Shown: in pieces, positions 1 to 7,126 of the stretch
Position numbering within the stretch: position 1 is the first letter of the stretch
Layout of the letters: each line of letters starts with the position of its first letter
Virus record (IMG/VR): IMGVR_UViG_3300034022_000539
Source: a virus
Lineage: Duplodnaviria; Heunggongvirae; Uroviricota; Caudoviricetes
Length of the DNA: 10,385 bases
Reading direction: 5' to 3' (one strand)
Made by a program: the position numbers and the translations under genes
The notes under the pieces: generated by a model
What the model was told of the DNA's origin: nothing
The model's database searches: none
The model's input: the letters and a program-made list of their open reading frames with translations, nothing else

Positions 1-661
1 CACCTATGACGCTATTTTCTAGAATAGTATTAGTTCTAACAGTCGTTTTGATAATAATCTTATCATCTTGTTTTGAAATTAATTCTTCTATTCTTTTAAA
101 ATAATTTTCATCAGTCCACTTTTCAGTGTACATTAAGTTCATTTTAAATCCTTTCCAATCACTTGCAAAATACTTATTAGGTTTTAAAAAGTGGTAAACA
201 TGCATCATATTGTCAGGAGTGTGAACGAATACAAAACCGTCATTTAAAAAATATGGTTTCTTTGGAACATAGTTACATGTGGTACCCTCTTCTATTTCTC
301 TCCATTGTTCTCTGCAAATAGCGTGTAGATTTTCAAATTCATCTATAGCTTCATCTAATAATTCATCTAACACTTCATCATCTTCTGGCTCTTCAGCAGT
401 ACTAAATACCAATTCTAAGTCTGGAAATTCAAAGCCACTAATTATTTGATTTACTTGACTATCATCTTGAGTCATTTTAACTGCATCATATCTATAAAGA
501 TAATCTAACGTGTCGTCAATTTCTGTCAAAGCTTCCATCAATTTACCTTCAGCTAATTTCTTTTTAAGTTCAGAAACTGCACCGCGTAACTTATACATGT
601 GATACTCTATATCACGAGGACCTTCATGGATCCAGACCGGTATTTTAAATTTCACGTTCAT
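1..661 (-). CDS. Hypothetical protein, 3'-truncated by the window edge (at least 220 aa, MNVKFKIPVWIHEGPRDIEYHMYKLRG...), with an acidic helical middle segment
   Basis: Translated by hand: ATG at 661-659, open frame with no stop down to base 2. It is missing from the ORF track because it has no stop in the window. It starts just downstream of the terminator and of a GATAAATA motif. No family recognised. Confidence 0.85.
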   Translation of the reverse strand, partial: MNVKFKIPVWIHEGPRDIEYHMYKLRGAVSELKKKLAEGKLMEALTEIDDTLDYLYRYDAVKMTQDDSQVNQIISGFEFPDLELVFSTAEEPEDDEVLDELLDEAIDEFENLHAICREQWREIEEGTTCNYVPKKPYFLNDGFVFVHTPDNMMHVYHFLKPNKYFASDWKGFKMNLMYTEKWTDENYFKRIEELISKQDDKIIIKTTVRTNTILENSVIG

Positions 662-665
662 AATC

Positions 666-673
666 TATTTATC
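666..673 (-). promoter_or_regulatory. Putative T4-late-type promoter box (GATAAATA)
   Basis: Minus strand GATAAATAGATTATG. The same GATAAATAG 9-mer recurs at 5498-5506 in another intergenic gap. It resembles the T4 gp55 consensus TATAAATA, but the AT-rich background limits confidence. Confidence 0.4.
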
Positions 674-695
674 GATTTATAAAAACTATAAAAAC

Positions 696-734
696 AAAAA
701 AAGGGCATTATATTGATATAATGCCCTTTTTTTT
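696..734. terminator. Intrinsic (Rho-independent) terminator, symmetric and potentially bidirectional
   Basis: A7-GGGCATTATA-TTGA-TATAATGCCC-T8: a perfect 10-bp stem (703-712/717-726), 4-nt loop, and A/T tracts on both sides. It lies 15 nt downstream of the stop of the minus-strand ORF 750-1073. Confidence 0.9.
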
Positions 735-749
735 CATAATATAATAATA

Positions 750-1073
750 CTATTTACGTGTTCTCTTCAGATTTTCTTTCTTAGTTTCTATAAAAACCTC
801 TTCTGCGTTGTCTACTGTATTGTTGGTTGTTAAACCCCATTGCAAAATAAACCAATTGATTTCTTTCTCTGCAACTGAGTTACTCATTCTTAGTTTTGTT
901 TTGAGAATCTGCATAGCTTTCTTTATGAATTCTTGTTCCTTTTCTCTAGTAGTGCTATATTGCATATACCAGTCGTTTTCATTTACGACATCTTCATATT
1001 TCTTGCCATGTGGTTCAAGCTGAAGATTGATTAATTCAATAAAGACTTCGCGTGTTTTTTCTCTTCTAATCAT
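750..1073 (-). CDS. Hypothetical protein (107 aa)
   Basis: ORF follows clpP after an 11-nt gap, on the same strand, and ends before the terminator. No recognised domain. Confidence 0.8.
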   Translation of the reverse strand: MIRREKTREVFIELINLQLEPHGKKYEDVVNENDWYMQYSTTREKEQEFIKKAMQILKTKLRMSNSVAEKEINWFILQWGLTTNNTVDNAEEVFIETKKENLKRTRK

Positions 1074-1081
1074 GGTTTATA

Positions 1082-1089
1082 TATTTATA
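1082..1089 (-). promoter_or_regulatory. Putative T4-late-type promoter box (TATAAATA) overlapping the clpP stop codon
   Basis: Exact TATAAATA on the minus strand, 8 nt upstream of the ATG at 1073. Confidence 0.35.
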
Positions 1090-1774
1090 TTTGTTTTGGT
1101 TTTATGATCTCATCTATAATACCATATTTAACTGCTTCTTCTGCATTTAACCAAAAATCTCGAGTAGCATCTTTCATTACTCTTTCTGGTTTCTTGCCAC
1201 AATATGATCCTAATAGATTAAATAGTTCATAGTTTACTTTTTGCCATTCTGCCCAATCTACTTCAGCGTCTTGTATATTTCCACTAAAACCACCCGAAGA
1301 TTGGTGTAACATTGTTGTCGAATGTCTCAAAGACGCTCTTTTACCTTTAGTTCCAGCACCTAATAAGACTGAACCCATTGATGCTGCCATACCAGTATTA
1401 ACTGTGCGTATATCACATGGTATGTATTCCATAACGTCTACCATAGAAAGCCCTGACTTAACTGAACCACCTGGAGAATCGATATGCATTGTAATATCGT
1501 CTGCGCTATTGCTTGATAAAAACATTAATTGTGCTTGTACAACAGTGCTCATATTGTCATCTACTGGACCTGCAACCCATAATAATCTATCTGCCATTAA
1601 TCTTGAAAAAATATCCATTTGAGTAACTCGCATTTCACGCTCCTCTAAAATATAAGGAGTCATTGAAGCTTGCTTACTTGCAATTGAACTATATAAGTCT
1701 AAGTGTGATCCACCTAAATTGAATTCTGATTTTGCGAATCTGTGAAATTCTTTTTCTTTTGGAAAATAATTCAT
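1085..1774 (-). CDS. clpP: ATP-dependent Clp protease proteolytic subunit, Bacteroidota-type N-terminus
   Basis: Motifs MTPYILEER, DIFSRL..DR, SPGGSV, GMAASMG (Ser132), MLHQ (His157), RDFW (Asp206). The triad spacing of 25 and 49 residues matches E. coli Ser97/His122/Asp171. Confidence 0.97.
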   Translation of the reverse strand: MNYFPKEKEFHRFAKSEFNLGGSHLDLYSSIASKQASMTPYILEEREMRVTQMDIFSRLMADRLLWVAGPVDDNMSTVVQAQLMFLSSNSADDITMHIDSPGGSVKSGLSMVDVMEYIPCDIRTVNTGMAASMGSVLLGAGTKGKRASLRHSTTMLHQSSGGFSGNIQDAEVDWAEWQKVNYELFNLLGSYCGKKPERVMKDATRDFWLNAEEAVKYGIIDEIIKPKQI

Positions 1775-2082
1775 TATTGTATCTGTTTTTGTATTTGTTT
1801 AATTAAATCACACGTTTCATACTCTTCAATAAGAGAAAAATAGTTCTTTGCTTTGTTCAAAGATTTTTCATAACCAGATTCTGGTAATACCATCTCGTAT
1901 TCTCTGTCTTCGGCATCTACTAAAATTGCTAGTAAATGTGAATCAGGTTTCCTCTCTATCTTATTTAGTATATATTCTACAATTCTTCTATAGAATATGT
2001 CATACTTGGACATTAAGAGTTTTTCAAAGTCTTCTGCTAAAATATGTGTGGGATCAATATGTATTCTTGGAGGTGTATTCAT
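1774..2082 (-). CDS. Small hypothetical protein (102 aa) with a C-terminal UVR-like coiled-coil motif
   Basis: The track starts it at GTG 2103. The ATG at 2082 follows the upstream stop (TAA-C-ATG) and is more likely. Its stop overlaps the clpP start (TAATG). Tail: LNKAKNYFSLIEEYETCDLIKQI. Confidence 0.75.
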   Translation of the reverse strand: MNTPPRIHIDPTHILAEDFEKLLMSKYDIFYRRIVEYILNKIERKPDSHLLAILVDAEDREYEMVLPESGYEKSLNKAKNYFSLIEEYETCDLIKQIQKQIQ

Positions 2083-2083
2083 G

Positions 2084-2932
2084 TTATAACGTAAAGTAAT
2101 CACTTAATATTGCTTTGTAGTTAACATCACTGTCTCCGCTTGTTTGATCTACTCTTGTTACGAATTCAATTCCAGCATCTGTCAAAAATACATTACCGTC
2201 TTTGTAATCTATAAGTGGTTGTTTTAGAATTAAACTAGATACAGTATCTTTTAAATCTTCTTGTTTGATTTTTTCAGCTAGTTCAAAATGTCTTTCGTAA
2301 AAGTGTAAGTTGTCTGCGAAATGGTAATAATCACCTAATTCTAAAGATTTATACTTGTCATCTTTTTTAAGAATCAAATATACAGATTGCATTAAGAATG
2401 AAAAGAACGGTGCATCAAATGTAAGACCATAGAAAACATCATTTGATCTCATCTGAATCTTCATGTTTAATTTATTATCTCTAATAAAGAAGTTAGCGTA
2501 CATTGTACATACGAAATCTTTATTGCCTTTGAATTGAAACTTAGGTTGATTAAAGAACATGATAGCTTGACGACTATTGTCATCAGCTAATAATGAATCA
2601 ACTACCCAACCAATTTGTTCATTATTGATAACTAATGCACCATAATTTGAATTGATTTGGTTTGTACCTTGATTTGTGATACCTTTCCAGAAATTTGAAA
2701 ATTTATTAATGTAACTAATATCTGTGTCTCTGTGAAGATACCATGCCATTTCACCTGCAAAGTATTTCCAATTGAATTTTCTTGATTCAAAATTTGCAAT
2801 TGGTTTTTTAGGATCAATTGTTATATCAGCTAATAATAATTCTTTGACTTCAAGATCTCTCGGTTTCGAGAGATCTCCGAATGTGTCTATTTGTAATATA
2901 GCTTCTTTAAGTATATTTGAAAAGTCTGTCAT
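2084..2932 (-). CDS. Thymidylate-synthase-superfamily enzyme, dCMP hydroxymethylase (T4 gp42)-like
   Basis: Motifs EMAWY, INSNYG, DDNSRQAIM, KDFVCT (Cys142), IRDNKLN..QMRSNDVFYG, LTFDAPF (Asp173, 31 residues after the Cys), LHFYERHF. These match gp42 motifs as recalled (ELEWY, INSNYG, SDFMCT, MRSNDVVFG, RND179, LHVYSRHF). Confidence 0.8.
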   Translation of the reverse strand: MTDFSNILKEAILQIDTFGDLSKPRDLEVKELLLADITIDPKKPIANFESRKFNWKYFAGEMAWYLHRDTDISYINKFSNFWKGITNQGTNQINSNYGALVINNEQIGWVVDSLLADDNSRQAIMFFNQPKFQFKGNKDFVCTMYANFFIRDNKLNMKIQMRSNDVFYGLTFDAPFFSFLMQSVYLILKKDDKYKSLELGDYYHFADNLHFYERHFELAEKIKQEDLKDTVSSLILKQPLIDYKDGNVFLTDAGIEFVTRVDQTSGDSDVNYKAILSDYFTL

Positions 2933-2945
2933 TTGTTAATTGTTT

Positions 2946-2959
2946 TTATAGTAGTTATA
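2946..2959 (-). promoter_or_regulatory. Repeated intergenic motif TATAACTACTATAA (putative promoter or operator)
   Basis: 13/14 identical to 4993-5006. It lies 13 nt upstream of the ATG at 2932. Confidence 0.35.
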
Positions 2960-4975
2960 CTATAATTTAATAAATAGTTTATCTTCTGATGTAATCTTAG
3001 TGATTGTGTATTCTATATCTTTTTTAATACTTTGATCGATAATTGCATCTGCAACAATATCTTCAACATATTTTTGTATAGCTCTTTTTACTGGTCTTGC
3101 ACCATAAGATTGATCGTATCCTTCTTTTACTAAGAAATCTTTAGCTTGTTTAGAAAACTTAAAGAAGTAACCTTCGTCTTGCATTCTATAAGAAAAGTTA
3201 TCTAGTTCTATTTGAACAATTTTTAATATGTCAGTGTTCTCTAATTGATCGAATAAAACAATATCATCTAATCTGTTTAAGAATTCAGGACTAAATTTGT
3301 TCTTTAATTCTTTTTTAATAATGGAATCCATCTTTTTGCTTTCTTCGGCTATTGCTGAGCCACTTGCAAATCCAATTCCTGATCCAAAATCTGCAACCTT
3401 TCTGGCACCAACATTTGATGTCATGATGATAATAGTATTTGTAAAATCTACTGTACGTCCACTTGAATCTGTTAATCGACCTTCATCTAATACCTGTAAT
3501 AAAGTGTTGAATACATCTGGGTGGGCTTTCTCGATCTCATCAAACAAGACAACTGAATAAGGTTTACGTCTAACCGCTTCAGTTAATTGACCGCCTTCCT
3601 CGTGTCCTACGTAACCTGGAGGAGATCCTATCAAACGACTCACATTGAATTTTTCTTGATACTCACTCATATCAATTCTAATCATAGCATCAATATCTCC
3701 AAATAAGTATTCGGCTAAAGCTTTTACTGTTTCAGTTTTACCAACACCAGTTGGTCCTAAGAACATGAATGATCCACTTGGTTTTCTATGACTAGCAACA
3801 CCAGTTCTAGATCTTTTAATAACACTACATAAAGCATCTACCGCTTTGTCTTGTCCGATAATCATTTTCTTGATTTCTGCGGCCATGTTCTTAATCATCT
3901 TAAGATCGTCAACTCCTAATTTATTTACAGGAATTCCAGTTTGTGTAGATATTGTTTCAGCTATATCTTCTACTGTGATTTTTAATTTAGTCACCTTAAG
4001 TGACTCTTCCCATAAAGTAGTCTCTTGAGCAATTTTATTTTCTATTGACAATTGATCATCTCTAAGTCTTGCAGCAACTTCATAATCTTGTTCTTCGACT
4101 GCTTTTTTCTTTTGTAATTTAATGTCTTCAGATTGTTTCTCAAGGTTTTTTATCTTTGATGGAATTTTAACCTCTAGTAAATGTGTTCTTGCACCAGCTT
4201 CATCCATTAAATCAATGGCCTTGTCAGGAAGTTCTCTTTGTTTAATATAACGATCACTCATTCTTACACATGCATCAATAGCTTCATCTGTATATTCTAC
4301 AGAGTGATACTCTTCGTAGTTATGTTTGATACGCATAAGAATATCAATGGTATCTTCAACTGATGGAGCATCTACAAACACTTCTTGGAAACGTCTAGTT
4401 AATGCACCATCATCTTCAATATTCTCGCGATATTCATCTAATGTTGTTGCACCAATACATTGTACTTGTCCACGTGCTAATGCTGGTTTAAGGATATTAG
4501 ATGCATCTAAAGCACCGCTAACACCACCTGCACCAACAATTGTATGTAACTCATCAATGAATATAATAACATTATCATTGGCTTTAAGTTCCTCTACAAT
4601 ATTTTTCATTCTCTCTTCGAATTCACCCCTGTATTTAGTACCTGCTACGATGGTAGTCATATTCAATGAAATAAGTCTTTTATTAATCAAGACTCTTGCC
4701 ACTTTCTTATCAACTATTCGTTGTGCGATAGCTTCTACAATTGCAGTTTTACCAACACCTGGATCACCTAAGATAATTGGATTGTTTTTCTTTCTTCGTG
4801 CCAAAATCTGACAAATTCTATGAATCTCTTTATCTCTACCGATAATAGGATCCAATTTACCTTCAGCTGCAGCCGCAGTCAAATCCTCACCGAATTCATC
4901 TAAGAATGGTGTAGTCTTTTTCTTTTGGTTGCCCTTTCTGTTTTTCTCGTTTTCGTATCCGTCTGCTAATGACAT
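2960..4975 (-). CDS. clpC: ClpC-type AAA+ unfoldase lacking the N-terminal Clp-repeat domain (671 aa)
   Basis: NBD1: GDPGVGKT, GTKYRGEFEER, IFIDELH, LTRRFQ. Short UVR-type M-domain: AVEEQDYEVAARLRD. NBD2: GPTGVGKT, GYVG, LFDEIEKAH, GARPV. ClpP-docking IGF loop at 3368-3376. Only about 20 residues precede TPFLDEFG.DLT. Confidence 0.9.
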   Translation of the reverse strand: MSLADGYENEKNRKGNQKKKTTPFLDEFGEDLTAAAAEGKLDPIIGRDKEIHRICQILARRKKNNPIILGDPGVGKTAIVEAIAQRIVDKKVARVLINKRLISLNMTTIVAGTKYRGEFEERMKNIVEELKANDNVIIFIDELHTIVGAGGVSGALDASNILKPALARGQVQCIGATTLDEYRENIEDDGALTRRFQEVFVDAPSVEDTIDILMRIKHNYEEYHSVEYTDEAIDACVRMSDRYIKQRELPDKAIDLMDEAGARTHLLEVKIPSKIKNLEKQSEDIKLQKKKAVEEQDYEVAARLRDDQLSIENKIAQETTLWEESLKVTKLKITVEDIAETISTQTGIPVNKLGVDDLKMIKNMAAEIKKMIIGQDKAVDALCSVIKRSRTGVASHRKPSGSFMFLGPTGVGKTETVKALAEYLFGDIDAMIRIDMSEYQEKFNVSRLIGSPPGYVGHEEGGQLTEAVRRKPYSVVLFDEIEKAHPDVFNTLLQVLDEGRLTDSSGRTVDFTNTIIIMTSNVGARKVADFGSGIGFASGSAIAEESKKMDSIIKKELKNKFSPEFLNRLDDIVLFDQLENTDILKIVQIELDNFSYRMQDEGYFFKFSKQAKDFLVKEGYDQSYGARPVKRAIQKYVEDIVADAIIDQSIKKDIEYTITKITSEDKLFIKL

Positions 4976-4990
4976 ATATTAATTTAGTTT

Positions 4991-5008
4991 TATTATAGTT
5001 GTTATATG
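4991..5008 (-). promoter_or_regulatory. Repeated intergenic motif CATATAACAACTATAATA upstream of clpC
   Basis: 15/18 identical to 9661-9678 and 13/14 core identity with 2946-2959. It lies 15 nt from the clpC ATG. Confidence 0.4.
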
Positions 5009-5020
5009 TATCAATTTCAT

Positions 5021-5476
5021 TTAGTTTACAATATTATCGGCAGCGTATGCACCCGGTAAAAGATCAGGTTTACATCTAGCTTTAAATCCTAAAGACTCTA
5101 CATATCCAACAGCTGCGCTAACTAGTTTATTGGATTTTTTAGCTGGATCTGTGTTGTAATCTAAATCTATCGTTGAGACTTCAATTCCATGTTCTCTTAA
5201 ATATAATGCAGTTTCACATGATAATTCGGTTTCCTTCCACAATCTTGTCCACATATCTCTAACAATGGGAATCTCTTCTCTTTTATAAATCACATGACAA
5301 CCTGTGTTTGATATATGAAATACTACGGTCACTGCATAAACAGTTTTGATAGCTTTGTTTTGACTATCGCATCCGAGATATATTTTTACATCAAGACCCT
5401 CGTTTTCTTTAAGAATATTTTTAACGTATGAAGCTAGTTCAAATTGAGGTGGACCCGTTAGTTTTTGAAATTTCAT
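5021..5476 (-). CDS. RNase H-like fold protein, YkuK/DUF458 family
   Basis: Family-typical motifs IYLGCDSQ, RLWKE, IDLDYN, KP...GAYAAD, with acidic residues in RNase H-like positions. 151 aa. Confidence 0.8.
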   Translation of the reverse strand: MKFQKLTGPPQFELASYVKNILKENEGLDVKIYLGCDSQNKAIKTVYAVTVVFHISNTGCHVIYKREEIPIVRDMWTRLWKETELSCETALYLREHGIEVSTIDLDYNTDPAKKSNKLVSAAVGYVESLGFKARCKPDLLPGAYAADNIVN

Positions 5477-5498
5477 TATTTAACATATTAGTATATGC

Positions 5499-5506
5499 TA
5501 TTTATC
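5499..5506 (-). promoter_or_regulatory. Putative T4-late-type promoter box (GATAAATA)
   Basis: Identical 9-mer GATAAATAG to 665-673, in the 49-nt gap upstream of the ATG at 5476. Confidence 0.4.
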
Positions 5507-5525
5507 TCAAAAAGTAGGGTATGAA

Positions 5526-5825
5526 TTATACGTAAAGTGTTAGTATATATGCAAGCTTATAACCGATGAATGCTCCTAATGCAGTTGGAATTGGAAACAC
5601 TATTAATTTACCAAGATCTGTTACGTATTTAGGTCTATTAACAATAGTTCCCATATATGAATAATATACTAAGTATCCAACTAATACTGCCCAGTCAATA
5701 TGAGCCGAAATAAAAACCACAAGTATGGCTCCTAAAAATCCAAAAATAAAGTTATCACGAGTAGCTTCCCAAATTTCTTTACGAGTTGCATCTTTCCATT
5801 CTTTAACAATTTTCTTTAAGCGCAT
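5526..5825 (-). CDS. Small integral membrane protein (99 aa, about 3 TM helices)
   Basis: Basic N-terminus followed by hydrophobic stretches FIFGFLGAILVVFISA, WAVLVGYLVYYSYMGTIV and LIVFPIPTALGAFIGYKLAYIL. It starts 3 nt after the kdsB stop. Confidence 0.8.
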   Translation of the reverse strand: MRLKKIVKEWKDATRKEIWEATRDNFIFGFLGAILVVFISAHIDWAVLVGYLVYYSYMGTIVNRPKYVTDLGKLIVFPIPTALGAFIGYKLAYILTLYV

Positions 5826-5828
5826 ATA

Positions 5829-6527
5829 TTATTGATTGATAAATTTATTGGCACGTTCAAGATCTTCTGGCGTATCAATACCAAATGACTTGTATTCTGT
5901 GAATTCAGAAACTACTTGGATTCCATTATCCATCCAAGTCAATTGCTCTAATGAATTATTTATTGAGTTTTCTGAAGGTTTCAATTTAGATATTCTATTT
6001 AATGTTTCCTTAGAATATCCATATATTCCGATATGTTTAAATATAAAATTGTTTTTATCATAAACATTGCTCCGCGTAAACATCACTGCAATACCCATAT
6101 GATTAGTTAAAATCTTAACTGCATTCGGATCAATAGATTCATTTTCAATTAAGTCGGTTTTAAGAGTAGCTACTGAGTTTGGATTTGCCTTAATCAATTT
6201 TATAATTAGGTCAATATCCGATGGATTGATAAAAGGTTCATCACCCTGTACATTAATAATAATATCGCTATTAATTGATCGATGTGCTTGAATAACTCTC
6301 TCTGTTCCAGTTTCACATTCGGTTGTTGCTATTACTTTAGCTCCGAAATTTTCAGCAACTTCAGATATTAATCGACTATCTGTGGCAATAATTACTTCAT
6401 CTGCATTAGATTGACATGCTCGTTCCCAAGTATGTTGAATCATTGGTTTGTCACCGATCATTGCTAATGGTTTTCCAGGTAATCGAGTTGACTTAAATCT
6501 TGCAGGTATAATAACCGTCACTTTCAT
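5829..6527 (-). CDS. kdsB: 3-deoxy-manno-octulosonate cytidylyltransferase (CMP-Kdo synthetase)
   Basis: Motifs IIPARFKSTRLPGKPL, TGTERV, NVQGDEP, PNAVK, FTRS, HIGIYGY, LEQL, GIDTPEDL. Confidence 0.92.
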   Translation of the reverse strand: MKVTVIIPARFKSTRLPGKPLAMIGDKPMIQHTWERACQSNADEVIIATDSRLISEVAENFGAKVIATTECETGTERVIQAHRSINSDIIINVQGDEPFINPSDIDLIIKLIKANPNSVATLKTDLIENESIDPNAVKILTNHMGIAVMFTRSNVYDKNNFIFKHIGIYGYSKETLNRISKLKPSENSINNSLEQLTWMDNGIQVVSEFTEYKSFGIDTPEDLERANKFINQ

Positions 6528-7123
6528 TATTGCTCTTTACTCTTTTGACCTAAATAACCGCTGTGATGTCTTTTTGAATATTCTCTTTTAGTGAAGCCAA
6601 TTTTCTTCATTAACTCTACCACTATAATATCTCCAATTACTGTCATCAGTGTTGTTGAAATAGTAGGTGTTAATCCAAGTGGACAAATTTCTTCTGAATC
6701 ACCAGTATGCAATACAACATCTGATTCGATTGCTAATGGACTGTCTATTTTACCAGTGATAGAAATTACTTTAACCTTCGGTTGTAAAATCCTAGACAGC
6801 ATGATTAATTCACTGATCTCTCTGGTTTTACCAGAATTTGATAATAATATAAGAACGTCGTGTTTACAAAGAATTCCTAAATCACCATGTTGAGCTTCGC
6901 TTGGATGCAAATAAACAGCAGGTGTTCCAGTTGAACACAAAGTCTGTGCTATGTTTATACCAATTTGTCCAGCCTTTCCCATTCCACTAACAACTATTTT
7001 TCCACCTAAATCGTGTACTTGATATTTGATTATATCCACGGCAGATTCGAATGAATCATTTATTGGAATATTTTGAATTGCTTCAACTTCTAGTTGAATT
7101 ATTTTTTTAATATTATCTTGCAT
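6527..7123 (-). CDS. kdsD: Arabinose-5-phosphate isomerase, SIS-domain-only (no CBS domains), Bacteroides type
   Basis: Motifs SGMGKAGQI, STGTPAVYLHPSEAQHGDLG, SNSGKTRE, CPLGLTPT.STT, EYSKRHH.GYLG. At 198 aa it closely resembles the stand-alone SIS API of Bacteroides fragilis as recalled. Confidence 0.9.
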   Translation of the reverse strand: MQDNIKKIIQLEVEAIQNIPINDSFESAVDIIKYQVHDLGGKIVVSGMGKAGQIGINIAQTLCSTGTPAVYLHPSEAQHGDLGILCKHDVLILLSNSGKTREISELIMLSRILQPKVKVISITGKIDSPLAIESDVVLHTGDSEEICPLGLTPTISTTLMTVIGDIIVVELMKKIGFTKREYSKRHHSGYLGQKSKEQ

Positions 7124-7126
7124 AAT

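Noticed and set aside
678-691. Plus-strand TATAAAAACTATAA, one mismatch from the recurring TATAACAACTATAA motif
   Set aside because: It is on the opposite strand, points into the terminator, and is almost pure A/T, so chance is likely.
2083-2103. GTG start at 2103 for the 109-aa ORF
   Set aside because: It overlaps the upstream gene by 20 nt. The ATG at 2082 follows the stop directly and has A at -3.
2632-2817. 61-aa minus-strand ORF in an alternative frame
   Set aside because: It is fully nested inside the gp42-like gene and has no recognisable features.
2960-4975. Calling the ATPase ClpB, ClpE or a pseudogene
   Set aside because: The M-domain is short and UVR-type and an IGF loop is present (not ClpB). 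There is no N-terminal Zn finger (not ClpE). All catalytic motifs are intact and the frame is unbroken.
4982-5027. 9-bp direct repeat ATTTAGTTT (4982-4990 and 5019-5027) flanking the clpC upstream gap
   Set aside because: Too short and AT-rich to support an insertion scar or binding site without comparative data.
5829-6527. KdsB LEQLT instead of the usual LEQLR, as a sign of changed sugar specificity
   Set aside because: The main Kdo-contact motifs (FTRS Arg, HIGIY, LEQ) are retained. One substitution is not enough evidence.
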